A stretch of 62,109 bases of DNA, the filler included, from Choristocarpus tenellus KU-1152 (taxonomy: Eukaryota > Protista > Phaeophyceae), in the NCBI GenBank assembly GCA_964200185.2. It is 12 parts of 12 records of this genome, joined end to end, with 100 filler letters (N's around TTAATTAATTAA, not from the genome) between each part and the next. Parts side by side here need not be neighbours in the genome. Positions count along the whole stretch, not along the records: positions 10,350 to 16,840 come from CAXNAD020008011.1; positions 16,941 to 21,198 come from CAXNAD020015440.1; positions 21,299 to 24,288 come from CAXNAD020023104.1; positions 24,389 to 28,215 come from CAXNAD020017710.1; 8 more parts are not named here. The stretch is one strand, 5' to 3'. Positions within the stretch are counted from its first letter, which is position 1; every line of letters begins with the position of its first letter. Below the pieces are notes generated by a model. It had not been told where the DNA came from. It did no database searches and was given only the letters and a program-made list of their open reading frames with translations. Made by a program: the position numbers and the translations under genes. Shown piece by piece: positions 12,375 to 24,644 of the stretch.

Positions 12375-13532
12375 ATGTTCAGTCTTACGAGGAACAAGAA
12401 CAGTCCCTCCATGTGTCCAGTTCAAGCCATTGATTCGATGTCGTCCATTCACCCTCAGTCTCTGATCAACCCAAGACAACACACTACTCATTGGACGGAA
12501 CAGCTGGACGGGCATGCTTTCTCTCTACACAGAGTAAAGGTTGCATCGATTGAGCTGCGAATTCTCCTCATTCGCAGACGCCTGCGAGAAATAGAGAGGA
12601 CGATAGAGCAGGCACAGGAAGAATTGGAAATCAATGAAACCAATACGTCCGATAGCTGTACGCTAGGGGGCTGTGTACCCGGTGGCATGTTTACTGGTGG
12701 GGCAATAGGCGGCCATTCTACCTGGCCCTTAAGGTGGATGAGAATTAAGACAGTAATCCTCAAGTTACACCTACAACGCATGCGACTCCGAGCAATGGAA
12801 AGGCGTCTATTAGCAACCAGGTTGGAGCTTCAAAAGAAGGGTATTATATCATCTCTTCCTGCGACACCAATGTTGCCCTCCAGTCTCCCGCTCGCTTATG
12901 CCGAGAGTCTTTCATGTGAGGAGATGAGTCGAGTTGGTGACAAGGAGATCGAAGATTTGCATGTAGTGGAGGCTCCAAATAGAACCCGCCCCAAAGACAC
13001 GGCAGAAAGGGAAGATTACGGTTGGCGGTCAAAGTCGTCAGCATATAATATCCTATCTTCTGCGAGAAGTCTATCATCCATACCAGAAAACTCCCCCGTC
13101 GAGGACGATCTATCCACAAGCCTTTCAGAGGAAGGTGCAGACGTGGAGTCGATAGATACTCCAGGACGAAGATCCCCCAAGAAGGCAACTTGGAAGTGGG
13201 TGTCAGGGAAAGGCATAGCGTGTGCTGCCTCTCAAACTGGGAGCCTATCCGATCTCTCAAAAGGGGAAGTGCCCGTAGAGTGCAGCAGTGCCTTCAGTTT
13301 CCATGAGGAAGAATCGATAGAATGCTTGGAGTTCTTGGCATTTGTGGGACATCAAGGCGAGAGTGGTGGTGGCAGCAGATTTGGCGAAGTCAACCACCTT
13401 GGAATATTTCTGCAGCCCGTTGTCTGTGACCAGCTCAACACACCCGTTCGGAGAAAGAAAACCACCTTTACGAAGTGGAAGTCATTTCGTGGCTCTGCAG
13501 ATGCCATTATCAAGCCAACGCATTTCTCCTGA
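12375..13532 (+). CDS. Hypothetical protein, intronless, with two predicted coiled-coil/amphipathic helices and a Ser-rich tail
   Basis: 405-codon open frame (12315-13532), first ATG at 12375. More GC-rich than its flanks; helices RILLIRRRLREIERTIEQAQEELE and KLHLQRMRLRAMERRLLATRLELQ. No family recognised. Confidence 0.65.
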   Translation: MFSLTRNKNSPSMCPVQAIDSMSSIHPQSLINPRQHTTHWTEQLDGHAFSLHRVKVASIELRILLIRRRLREIERTIEQAQEELEINETNTSDSCTLGGCVPGGMFTGGAIGGHSTWPLRWMRIKTVILKLHLQRMRLRAMERRLLATRLELQKKGIISSLPATPMLPSSLPLAYAESLSCEEMSRVGDKEIEDLHVVEAPNRTRPKDTAEREDYGWRSKSSAYNILSSARSLSSIPENSPVEDDLSTSLSEEGADVESIDTPGRRSPKKATWKWVSGKGIACAASQTGSLSDLSKGEVPVECSSAFSFHEEESIECLEFLAFVGHQGESGGGSRFGEVNHLGIFLQPVVCDQLNTPVRRKKTTFTKWKSFRGSADAIIKPTHFS

Positions 13533-14615
13533 GGGAAGGGACGACCGAGAAGTCAGGTGAGACACGAAACGTCCAAATATATATTCGCTTGTCCCTCTAC
13601 TTCTTTTCTTGCAAGACCGTAACTACCCCAGGGTAAGGGTCGATTGTTTCGCGAAAATCTGTGATCTTCGTTACACCATCCTTGGTTTTAAGTCCACTTA
13701 CATTTTGCAGCCATTTTAAATGGAGGTGGAAAGAAGCAAAATATATATGGTCATAGTTTGTAATAGTAGTCACAACTATTTTGTGACATGGTGCGAATGC
13801 TTCTTAGGAACAAAACCCTACTACAAGTATACTTTTGTCTCAATCAGCCATAAAATAGATGTCTACATATATTACAATGAATGGGGTCCCATACATTCTG
13901 GAAATAATGAACCGAAACCCAAAGCCGTGCGCATGAGTCGTAACCTGAAACTAACTTCAACACTGAATCGATCAATATACCTCTATCACGGATCTATCGA
14001 CAATGCATTGTAATATAGTAATTGGAAACCATTTGTTTGCAGACATCCGAGTATCTGTTCGACTTGTTCAATTGCTCATCACGATACAATTGTATACCAG
14101 CTATCGTAGCATACACTCTCTTGAGAGATTGCTCTATGAGAAAATACGGAACTATTTATCATGTGGGTGGTGACACAAACAGAAAATAAAAATAGAAAAG
14201 GGATTGCCCACAAGTTCGCTGATTGCTGGCGGAAAGAGTGTCGGCCCTGTAGCTAAGGCTGAACAGTCCACAACACTACACTGAGTTTCAATATCGTGTT
14301 ATATGCAGAATCGTTTTGTAGACTCGTCATGGTAATTGATACAGTGAATATTAGTAGTTTTAGCTCAAGTGATCCAGAAAAGACATTGCATGTCTCAGAA
14401 TCAAGTTGTGGTACCTAATGTATCTGGTGCAGCAAGTGTCATATCAATAGCTTCAAAGTCCCTCCTTGAGCTCGTAGAGTTTGTAAAAAATAATACAAGG
14501 CAACGAGGGAGGTGTTGCGGCATTGCCTGATCGCATTTGATGCTCTGGAGAATATGCATTTGTGGGTTGTGAGGTGGGAGATAGAGACTCTCAGCAGCAT
14601 GTACACTGTCCTTAA

Positions 14616-14855
14616 GAGACAACGTAAACTAGAAGTACCCAGGGTTGCATTTGAAGGATCTTGACAATTACGTACAAAATTTGGCTTATTTTACAAGTAC
14701 GTGTTAGAATTTTTCTGAATCCCTTAGAAATTTTTCAAACAGGAGAGAAGTCGTCGCTCTCAAGTAAAAATGTACTGGTGAATTGAAAAAGATTGATAGA
14801 ACTGGTTAAAAAGCGAAGTGATCAAACCCTGGATACCCTTCATTAACTTTGGCTC
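14616..14855. mobile_element. Tourist-like MITE, family B
   Basis: 240 bp with imperfect TIRs GAGACAACGTAAAC..GTACCCAGGGTT and AACCCTGGATACC..TAACTTTGGCTC; TAA on both sides. Internal homology to 23827-24054. Confidence 0.7.
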
Positions 14856-15559
14856 TAATGCAACTTTCCTCCATCTGTTGTATTGGTCAGTCATTCTTTT
14901 GCTCAGAAATGTCAGGCAGGACAATTGATCGACCATTGGAGTAGCTCGTGCTACTATAGAGCTTGTTTGTTGTGTGGCAGGCAGGGCTAATATTTACTGC
15001 TGTATTACCAACAGTATTCTTGTGTATGTTACTCCAATCAGTATTTCTACCATGTCATCGTTTTTCAAAGTACAAACTCTTTGGAGTTACAAAATATGTG
15101 ATTTATTGACAAACGAGTTCCTCCTACAGGAGCTATAGTAGTTGCCATGCTAGAATGTGAAATGGCTGCGTCCTTGGGGTGAATACATCTACAATTTTTT
15201 TTTTTTTTTCTCTTGTTGAACTGTGCGGTGGCCCAAAGAACTGTGCACCTGTGAACCGTGGGTGGTGGTACATTGATTGGAGAGGTATGAAAACGGAAGC
15301 CCAGCGAAGCACAAAGAACAGGTTTTACTTGTCAAGACAGAAGAGCTTTCCAGCACGCTTGCATACCTTGCAACTGAAGCCGTGTACCCTTTGTTGTAAC
15401 CCATCTGCGTATATCCCATCGTACCTTTTCCTACATGTAACAATCCCTGCACACATCTGGAGCTAGGACAAGACATGAGCAAGGAAGGTGGTTGTGGGAA
15501 GGGCAGTGTCATGCCTATGTAGGATTTTTTGTTTGCTTGTCAATTTGTAGAGCACACAC

Positions 15560-16760
15560 CAATCTTGAATATAGATCAAGCGTCTACAAGACTATGATAG
15601 ATGCGATATTGCATAGAATGGGGGGCATGTTACTTTGAGGGGGCTGGAGATATGGGTTGATTCTTGCAATAACGACTTCACAGGATTGGGCATCGGCACG
15701 ATGTTAGGTGATTGCCTTTTCAATTCTTGGAGCACTTGGCTTTTCAATAGTAATCTCTTGATATAGGAAGACCCCACTCTCCCTTCAGAAAGGCGACCCT
15801 CTGAATTGCAATATATATTTGTTAAAGAATTGAGTTTTAGTGCCTGTAGTACGGTATCACTTGTTTATTGTTGTACTTTGTATATTCGTTTTGTTGGATG
15901 AGAGAGATCCAATTATTCTGTTTTGTCAAACAACGTAGGGTACTTACTCTTTGTGATCATTTGTAGACAATTGTTTCCAACACGATTATATTTGTTCTTA
16001 CCATTCCGGGGGTAGAGGTGATGTTTCTTTTATTGTAGCTGGAGAAAAAGAAGATGTCCGGTACTTTGACCCCCAAAGTGAATTCACGATAGTATTGAAA
16101 TCTATATGAGGCATTCTTGGTCTCACACGAAACCATTGGCCTCCTAGAACAAGTGTAGTGCTGCAACTTTTCGTTTGGGGGTGCTCTGTACAGATTTCTA
16201 CTGGAAACAACCAGTCACCCATATATTACTACTTTTTCAGAATGTAAAGAGTAGAACAACAACGTTTTTTGAAGACTTGACCGAAGCAGAGTATGCAGCA
16301 ATTGATAAGGATTGTCGACTGATGGGACAGGGATGTTGAAGATAGCCTGCTTTGGGATATTAGCACCATGAGTGAATAGGAGCTTGATTTTTCATTTTGT
16401 GCTTTTGCCTTTGGTGTGCCTTGTAAAGTGAATGGTACGGGTCAATGAGCAATGCTTCCTGAGTCGCCTCAGTCCTTGAATGCCAATCTATATTCTGGAG
16501 AACATTCCAAGTATTCCAGAGTATAATGCCAGTAGATTGCAACTGTCTTCTCCAGAAGTAGGGTACAATTGTTCCATACTTTTTTCTTCAACTACCACTT
16601 ACACTGCAGCAGCTAATTTTCTTTTTGCTAGAAGGAGTAGCGTGTATTTTGTGGATATACTTAGACTTGTTACTATCCACCTTTATTCTGGTGCCACAGT
16701 CGTCCAGCCTGGAAATATTAGGACACTGTGTGTAGTTGCAACATATTGCTATATTATATT
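15560..16760 (-). pseudogene. Decayed Ty3/gypsy pol (RT-RNaseH-IN) fragment
   Basis: Minus-strand remnants: RLDD (~16700), KLQHY...RP (RNase H-like, ~16150), GVKVPDI, PPFYAIS (integrase start-like, ~15610). Heavily degraded. Confidence 0.45.
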
Positions 16761-16940
16761 TACGGTATTGAATATAGTAAGGTGGAGGTGGCTATGATCA
16801 GTCATGCGTTGGGCATGCAATGGCTCAAAGTATCTAGGGGNNNNNNNNNNNNNNNNNNNNNNNNNNNNNNNNNNNNNNNNNNNNTTAATTAATTAANNNN
16901 NNNNNNNNNNNNNNNNNNNNNNNNNNNNNNNNNNNNNNNN

Positions 16941-17056
16941 AAAGTGACTTATATTATCCATCTGACGTATGCAATCGAACCACCCAAAAATCGTGACATG
17001 AAAAAATTGGCCCCAAATGGACAGCCGCCACCCCCCCCCAGATGATACTTTGAGCC
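16941..17056. mobile_element. MITE family A, partial copy at contig start (reverse orientation)
   Basis: Reverse-complement match to 4661-4780, ending CCCCCCCCCAGATGATACTTTGAGCC. Confidence 0.75.
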
Positions 17057-17131
17057 TGGAGTAGGAAAAATGTATACGTTATGAAAAGGTGTGCCTGGAA
17101 CAAGGATATTGACATTTCCTAACAATCACGA

Positions 17132-17212
17132 TAGCCAAAGTTACATCAAAATCGCAACATTGGATTTTACCCCCAAACGGACGCGGCTTTACCGTCAAAG
17201 ATACTCTGACTC
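17132..17212. mobile_element. Very short (~80 bp) element with the same termini, family D
   Basis: AGCCAAAGTTACATCAAAATCGCAA...AAGATACTCTGACTC; a near-identical second copy lies at 57299-57372. Confidence 0.55.
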
Positions 17213-17629
17213 ACTTATTTTCCAACATTTTTTGTTCAATATTTTTGAGGGAATGGTTATTGGCGCATAATGTGATTTGTTTTGAAGCTGTGTAGCAGGG
17301 CCCTAGCTTGTGATGAATTCATCATTAGTTCAGATGTCCCTAGTAGCACTTTTGAGGGTCCAAGTTACCTAAAGACCTCACAGTTAGCCACACATACATA
17401 CACGTGTACGTTTAGGTAAATCGTTAGATTTTCCACAGTCGAGCATACACCCCCCCTGGCACAACCGACCCCTGCTACCCAGGAATAGCTCACCCCTGCT
17501 ACTCTAGCACAGCCTTTCCTATCCCCTTTCGCCTAAATCTGCTGAAGGGCCGTGGCTGCTACCTGGTGGAGGTTGTTCTTTTTTCCCTAGGCACAGACAG
17601 TCCTGCCCTATGACTCTCCTCCTGGCATT

Positions 17630-17887
17630 GAACCAAAGTAAACGAGAGGTACCCAGGTTTCGGTCGTTGTGTATTTTAAGACAGTTTTTCAATCTTTCGC
17701 GATTCACTCATATTTCCATGGATTAAGTGCTAAGTTTGACTTGAGAACGTTGATTTCTCTATTGTTTGAGAAATTTCGACACAATTCAGAAAATATCCTG
17801 TACGAGTTTGAAAAAATAGACGGATTTTACAGATATATGTCAACGTCCTTGAAATGGAACCTCGGTACCTCTCGTTTACTTTAACTC
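17630..17887. mobile_element. Tourist-like MITE, family C
   Basis: 258 bp with ~30-bp TIRs GAACCAAAGTAAACGAGAGGTACCCAGGTT and AACCTCGGTACCTCTCGTTTACTTTAACTC; ATT on both sides (3-bp TSD). Confidence 0.8.
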
Positions 17888-18127
17888 ATTGCTGGAGCTG
17901 TGTAGCTGCTGGCTGAAAGATCTTTTCCTTTTCTCCCTTTCCCCCTACTAGCACAGTTTCCACACTGTTCCTCTTCTCCTCCCAGGCTGCTGGAACACAG
18001 AGGATATCAGCTGGTTGGCCATTCGCTTCTCTTTCACCCTTGTCACACCCCCTTCATTTCCCAAACACAGAATTGCGTCCTTGAGTACACCATCCTGACC
18101 GACCAAAGAAGGTGGGCAGTGCCCTAT

Positions 18128-18298
18128 TATGTTACAGGCGAATAGCGCGAGCATCTCTTCTTGTGTTCTAACAAAATGGGAGCATTTGTTACACGCGAAT
18201 AGCGCGAGCATTTCTTCTCATGTTTTAGCAAACATGAACATTTGTGATAGGCGAATAGTGCGAGCATTGTTTCTCGCGTTCTAACGAGTGCGAACAAT
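18128..18298. repeat. Tandem repeat, ~56-57-bp unit x3
   Basis: GCGAATAG(C/T)GCGAGCAT recurs at 18138, 18195 and 18251. Confidence 0.75.
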
Positions 18299-19445
18299 AT
18301 ACAAGATTAGTAACACATAGATAAGTAGCCTTACAGAATAAATGCTGATTTCGTAGAAGATACAGAGTAAGATTCGTAATGCATAGGTAACATTACAGAA
18401 GGAAATGTCAAAGTCCCTAAGAAGTTGCAGAATAAAGGCTTATGATTGGAGAACGTATAGAGCAGTTACATAGAAGACCAAAGAAATTGGGTGGATGATT
18501 AAGATAATAAGAGGGCTTTTGGTGAAAACACCTTGACCCCACTTAGACAGTCTTATCTTTTGAACGAAACATTGAGTCAAGCTTTGAGCTAAGCACTGAG
18601 TGGAGTCTCAAGAGAAGGCTATCTGACACCCTACAAACTGTTGTAAAAGACAACGCCCCTATAGCGCCGTATTAACGTTGGATTTGAGTTGTACATCCTG
18701 TGGAGGTGAGTTCTGAGGAGCGCCTGTAACATGGAGGTCCTACCGAGACTTCCACCCTGTAACATGGAGTTCCTTTCTTATACAATGATATTGATGACAA
18801 TCCAAGTGAGAGATCCAGCATACTTGACTTGTGGATCAGGAGTCCTATACGTACATCAGTATCATCTACAAGCCCGTAGATTGGAGCTATACATCCTGTG
18901 AAGGTAAGCTGTCAGGGGCGCCTGTAACATGACGGTCCTACCGCCTCTCTTCAAACTGGAGAGAATATTCCGTCGTCACCTGAACACTTAGGATTCTTGG
19001 TAGTTCCCTACGATAGCCTGGAATTTTAGTTTTTCCACCTGGTCCGGTGGTCTGTCTCCTTGGATGCTCTGGATCACCTTCGTCGTCTGCTGGACTTCTT
19101 TGTGCTTGGCCTCGTCATCTCCTTGGGTGTGATGGCATCTGTTGCTCCGAGGGAACCATCGTCCTTCTATAGTTTTACAACGAGTGGTCTCTGACCGCCA
19201 CATTATCAACCTATAGTCGTAAACCAGAGGTTTCTGACCACCATGGCATAGACAATGCCAAGGTAGTTCTTCCTCGCCATTCGTACACTCACATTCCCAA
19301 TCTGTTTTTCGTGTGTCACGGTGTTCTTTTACTCCACAGGTTCCGCTGGGGATCAGTAATTTGGAGAGGTTCCAGTCCAGGGCCAGACTTTGCGAGAATT
19401 CCTGTAACAGTCGTGACGGCTCAACGCGTTTCTGCATCGCATTCA

Positions 19446-20218
19446 TGCATCAATAACTCGACCCCTTTCCGCAGTCTCAAAAGAAACGAGGAGATATGTT
19501 GACCATTGTTGGAATCCACGGTTTTAGTTGGAACTGGAGTCCCTATGTTGGAAACAACTGGCAGAGTGGGAACGGAGTCGGAACAGAGTCGGAACAGAGT
19601 CGGAACTGGAGTCCCTAGGTTGCAAAAAGACTGGCAGAGTCGGAACTGGAGCCCCTATGTCGCCATGTGGCAATTAATACATGCTGCCACAGCACGATTC
19701 GAGGTGATAGATGATATTTATTGTCGTAACCTGTGATACTCGCCTGTGGTAAGTGTGAAGCATGTATTCCTAGTTCACGCTGGGGGGCATATTACAGGCG
19801 AATGACATGTCTGCCTTTTCGCATTCCAACCAGTTTGAGTAGCATCAATAACTCAACCCCTTTCCACAGTCTCAAAAGAAACGAGGAGATATATGTTGAC
19901 CATTGTTGGAATCCACGGTTTTAGTTGGAACTGGAGTCCCTATGTTGGAGACAACTGCCAGATTGGGAACGGAGTCGGAACTGGAGTCCCTAGGTTGCAA
20001 GAAAACTGACAGAGTCGGAACTGGAGCCCCTATGTCGCCATGTCGCAATTAATACATGCTGCCACAGCACGATTCGAGGTGATAGATGATATTTATTGTC
20101 CTAACCTGTGGTACTCGCCTGTGGTAAGCGTGAAGCATGTATTCCTAGTTCACGCTGGGGGGCATATTACAGGCGAATGACATGTCTGCCTTTTCGCACT
20201 CCAACCAGTGTGAGTAGC
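19446..20218. repeat. Tandem duplication of a ~380-395-bp unit with internal GAGTCGGAAC / GGAACTGGAGTCCCT subrepeats
   Basis: GCATCAATAACTC.ACCCCTTTCC.CAGTCTCAAAAGAAACGAGGAG begins at ~19447 and ~19842. The two units are highly similar; the first carries two extra 10-bp subrepeats. Confidence 0.85.
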
Positions 20219-21599
20219 CTTGTTATGACATTAACCATATTATGTGGTTTTAGACATTTTTGTTTGTATTTGAAACATGATTCCTGTCTTCTATTGTTTG
20301 TGTTTGTAGTTCTGAAGGTGGAAGATTATATGACAATACCCTATTTCAGTACTATTGTAATTTTGCATCCATATTCATTTGTGTTGATATTTGTGAGGAG
20401 GGAGAGTCTTACTNNNNNNNNNNCCTATTTTTCTGAGTCTTTTTATTGTATGTTCTTTGTTTGTGGGTAGAGCAAGCCTTTATATGGCAGGACCTTATTT
20501 TTGTTTGTGAATGCGAGACATCTTGGTGCCCTATAATTTGTGTTTATAGTTGTGAAGGGGGACAGTCTAAGCAGTACCCTATTTCAGTGCTATTGTAATT
20601 TTGTGCCTGCATCCATTTTTGCTGATAGTTGTGAAGAGGGGGAGAGACTTGCTGAGATGCTCTCTATTGTTATTTTTTATTGTAAGATTCTTGAATTTTT
20701 TGATATATATTCCTAGTTCCTAGCAAAGGTAAGCCTTTCCATGACAGCACCCAATCTCTTTTGTGACTGTGGGTCACACCTTTTCATAACATACACATTT
20801 CACCTACTCCTAAACATTTTGTAGTAGGAAAATGCCACTAAAAAAAACATGGAAAGCCAAGCCCCAAACGGACAAACAGGGCAAAACTCATACCCTCTAA
20901 GATACTTTCACTTGTTTTAGTTCCGAAGGGGGGGAGTCCATGGCAATACCCAAGTTCAGTGCTACTATAGTTATGTGTCTGCATTTGTGTTTGTTTATCT
21001 GGGAAGGGATGGAGTCTTTTTAGACAGTACCCTACTTTTGACGTGCGTATGAGACTCTGGTGTAGGAGTTTTTCCTTTGAACGTTGAGTCAAGTACAGAG
21101 TGAGTGCCGTGAGGTGCGAGTGTCGCGCTAACATATCTGTTGTAAGGGCAAACGTTGGAAGGGGGTTTTCCCTCCAGGTTTCCTCCTCCGCTGGATCCNN
21201 NNNNNNNNNNNNNNNNNNNNNNNNNNNNNNNNNNNNNNNNNNTTAATTAATTAANNNNNNNNNNNNNNNNNNNNNNNNNNNNNNNNNNNNNNNNNNNNGT
21301 AAACCAGAGAAGCCCCAATGGTAAATGATGATAAGAGATCCTAAAAACGGCTCCAAACGGCTCAGTTCTTCTGACCTAGAGAGCCCCACCTATTCAGTTC
21401 TCTTTTTTTCTGATATCATTATACACTTTTCCTTGTGCTACTTGATTCACCTGAGAGTACTACTGTTCTGCTGAGCTGACGTGTGTTAATCTGTAAATTG
21501 GATTCGACTTGTATATCCTGTGGAGGTGAGCTTTGAGGGGCGCCAGTAACACATCAATCTTTATCATTGCTTCTTCCCAAGGGTGTGGCCAAAAACGTT

Positions 21600-23220
21600 T
21601 TTCAGGTGTCATTGTAGACAAAGAATAACATACAGCATCCGTAGACCCATGGTCAGAAAGACAAAAATTACTCGAATTGGCAACCCACCACATTCCTCTC
21701 CTTCGGCATCATCATTTGTCGAGGTGGAATATGGTGACAGTGCTATGGATGCACTTGCTTTTCCTCGACGATCTTGCTGAAGGTCAAGGTGGGGTGGATG
21801 CGGCACACCAGGTGATAGAGTTGCTGTTGAATTACTTTGAGGGTACTATTGTCATGGGTTGATGCTTCTTAGGAGGATGACACACCTTGAGGGTTTTGCA
21901 ATGCTGAAGCAGGCAGACCACATTGTGGTGAGAGTTCTGGTAGCGTTTTCTCTATTTCCATCACACACCAAAAACAACTAGACCTTTTCCCTCCCGGCAT
22001 CCACTCCACAAGACCCTGTGCATGCTTTGAAGTGTCTAATTTACTAGACTTGCCAGCTTGAAGGTAACTTATCTGATACCTTGAACTGTAGGTCTTGGAC
22101 CAAAACAACGATGCTAGTGAATAGGTCCTCAACACCCAGAGAGTTTGCTCTTTTGCGTCTCCTCTCAGTGGTGGAGTCAAAAGACTGGAATGGACTCTGG
22201 GGTTGGCGTTTCCTATGGCTTACTGTTGGCTCCATGGAAACATCTAGAGAAGTGTCCTTATATTCCATACATAATGCTTCTTCCGCTTGAATTTTCTCAC
22301 CTAATGTTCCTCCACTCTATCATGAGTCACAACCCTGCTCCTAGAAGGACTAATGTATCCCTGCTCCCACCATTCATGCTTACCTGAATAACTAGTACTC
22401 CCTTGGCCAAGATGGCAATATGTGTGTCTCAAGGAGAGAAAGCATCGCGACTGGTGCCTTCCAACTCTACCTTCGGTCAGACCAGTATGAGGTTCTCCTT
22501 GACTGCGAATCTGAGTTGGGGCAACTTCTAGTGTTGGATTGGATATCGAGCCCTTTGCCAAGAGCAGTGTTCGAGACACGACTGGCAATGTAAGCCAGAT
22601 CCAACAATACGAATTTATTTGTCCTACCTGTCTCTACCTCAAGCCTCAAGCAGCTATCAAATCAAAGAGGGTTCCTATTCCAAGTTAATAGCGTGCCAAG
22701 GAAATTTTCTAATCGAACACAATGCTTTCATGGAAAATAAATAGTCTGAATTCTTCCAAGGTGTATGTACAGGTAAATTCAGGTAGATGGGTCTCAAGTG
22801 GAAAATGACAGATAATCAGTGACGATTCGAGTGGTTACAAGGATTTGTACACTGTGAAAGGTGACCAAAAATAACTAGACACGGAAAAAATGGTGATCAG
22901 AACTACATTTAATGATGGAACCCTACCCTTTTGGGCTCAACCAAAGCACCTGATTCTTGTTCTAGCTCATGAATTTTGCAAATAACTCGAAGTTCTCTGG
23001 AGTAAAATTCTTGAGTACATGACTCAGCTCAGACCCTCCATGCATCGACCCTGTGGACGAAAACATACAATATATGCCCTGATAGCACCTCGAACACCAT
23101 CCACATTACTTGTGCCATCACAAAGGTCCTCGATTCTTATGCCAGTTTGAACCTGGCCATGAAAGCGAGCCTGAAAATTCAGATAGCAGCTATTATGGCA
23201 GTCATAAGCATAAAGATTTC
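21600..23220 (-). pseudogene. Decayed Ty3/gypsy pol fragment
   Basis: Minus-strand RNase H-like EQTLWVLRTYSLASLFWSKT (~22090-22150) and RT thumb-like pieces near 22500-22620; numerous disruptions. Confidence 0.45.
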
Positions 23221-23826
23221 CCCAATTTGATACTTCTAGTACATTGATGCTGTTCTTGTGGGTGTTCTGGGGTGGACCTTACCACCATCCTCTTGTGTGC
23301 AGGTTGATGAATCTGTTTGGGCGTGTATGGTGGAAACAAAGGCGGGTTGGAAGGAGGAGGCAAACTCCTCGATATGCTTGTGTTTTTTGTGGCAGGTATT
23401 GCATTGCATTGTGGATGTGTCTACACGTACTACTATCAGTAGTACTATCAGTAGTGGAATATACCATTGCCAATATTGCATCTTCTAGTGGGTCGTATGT
23501 GTTCCGGATGTCTTTTCCATTTAATCCACTCTGATTATTGAAGTATATATTTTTTACATTTATATCCTGGTCGGTTATGTACAGGCTCAAGGAGGTCATC
23601 TTAAGTTGTGTTGTTTGCTTTCAAGAAGTAATTGGTGCCCACTCTTACCGATATATTGACCTTGTTGGCATTTTATCACATCCTGTATAACATTTACTTG
23701 CATTCTAATGTCCTTCGTCTTTAATACAACAATGATCGTGATTGTTTTATCGTTACCTCCCATTAAAATATCACACCTACAAAATAATATGCAGTAAGTA
23801 GTTACAGGTATCAAAAATTATATTTT

Positions 23827-24054
23827 AAGTCAAAGAAAATGAAAGGCACCCAGGGTTGCATTTTATGGATGCAGACAAATACGTGCAAATATGACCATTT
23901 TACACTCATGACTTGAACCTTTTCTTAATTCTGTCGATAAGTTTTAAACAACAGAGAAATCAACGCTCTCGTGTCAACTTGGCACTTAATCTATAGAAAT
24001 ATGGGTCAATCGCAAAAAGCCCGAAACCTGGATACCTTTCACTTATTTAGCCTC
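23827..24054. mobile_element. Tourist-like MITE, family B, second copy
   Basis: AAGTCAAAGAAAATGAAAGGCACCCAGGGTT...AACCTGGATACCTTTCACTTATTTAGCCTC, flanked by TTT on both sides; homologous to 14616-14855. Confidence 0.65.
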
Positions 24055-24388
24055 TTTCGGAGTTATTTCAGATTTGAGATAGTATTATGGGGGGAAAAGC
24101 GGATATTGATACAACATTTCGATGTATCACATCAAATTATACAACGATGTTCTAAATGGTTGTGTTAAATGGGTAGAATTTTTTATCTTTCTTTAAACTT
24201 TTGACATTTTTGCTCTTGGAGGGGACATGTAGTGCCCATGTATGTGTGGGTGGAACGAACGGGTGGCCTTAAGGCTCAAAGTATCTGGNNNNNNNNNNNN
24301 NNNNNNNNNNNNNNNNNNNNNNNNNNNNNNNNTTAATTAATTAANNNNNNNNNNNNNNNNNNNNNNNNNNNNNNNNNNNNNNNNNNNN

Positions 24389-24408
24389 TACATACATACA
24401 TACATACA

Positions 24409-24438
<30 letters not shown>
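24389..24438. repeat. (TACA)n microsatellite
   Basis: Direct reading; a similar (ATAC)n run lies at 29558-29603. Confidence 0.9.
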
Positions 24439-24440
<2 letters not shown>

Positions 24441-24644
24441 GTGACCTATTCATCCCTCCTTTCAATCAATACCCTTGTACACATCCCTCTCACCTCCCCA
24501 CCACAATGAAGACACCCAAAATGTTTTTTTCCCTCTCACAATGAGAGTATTCCAGTATAATATTGATTTGGCAGACAAATTTATTTGGATTGTATCCAAT
24601 GAAGCGTTGCTTCTCTTGAATTTTATCTCTATTTTTTAATGCAG

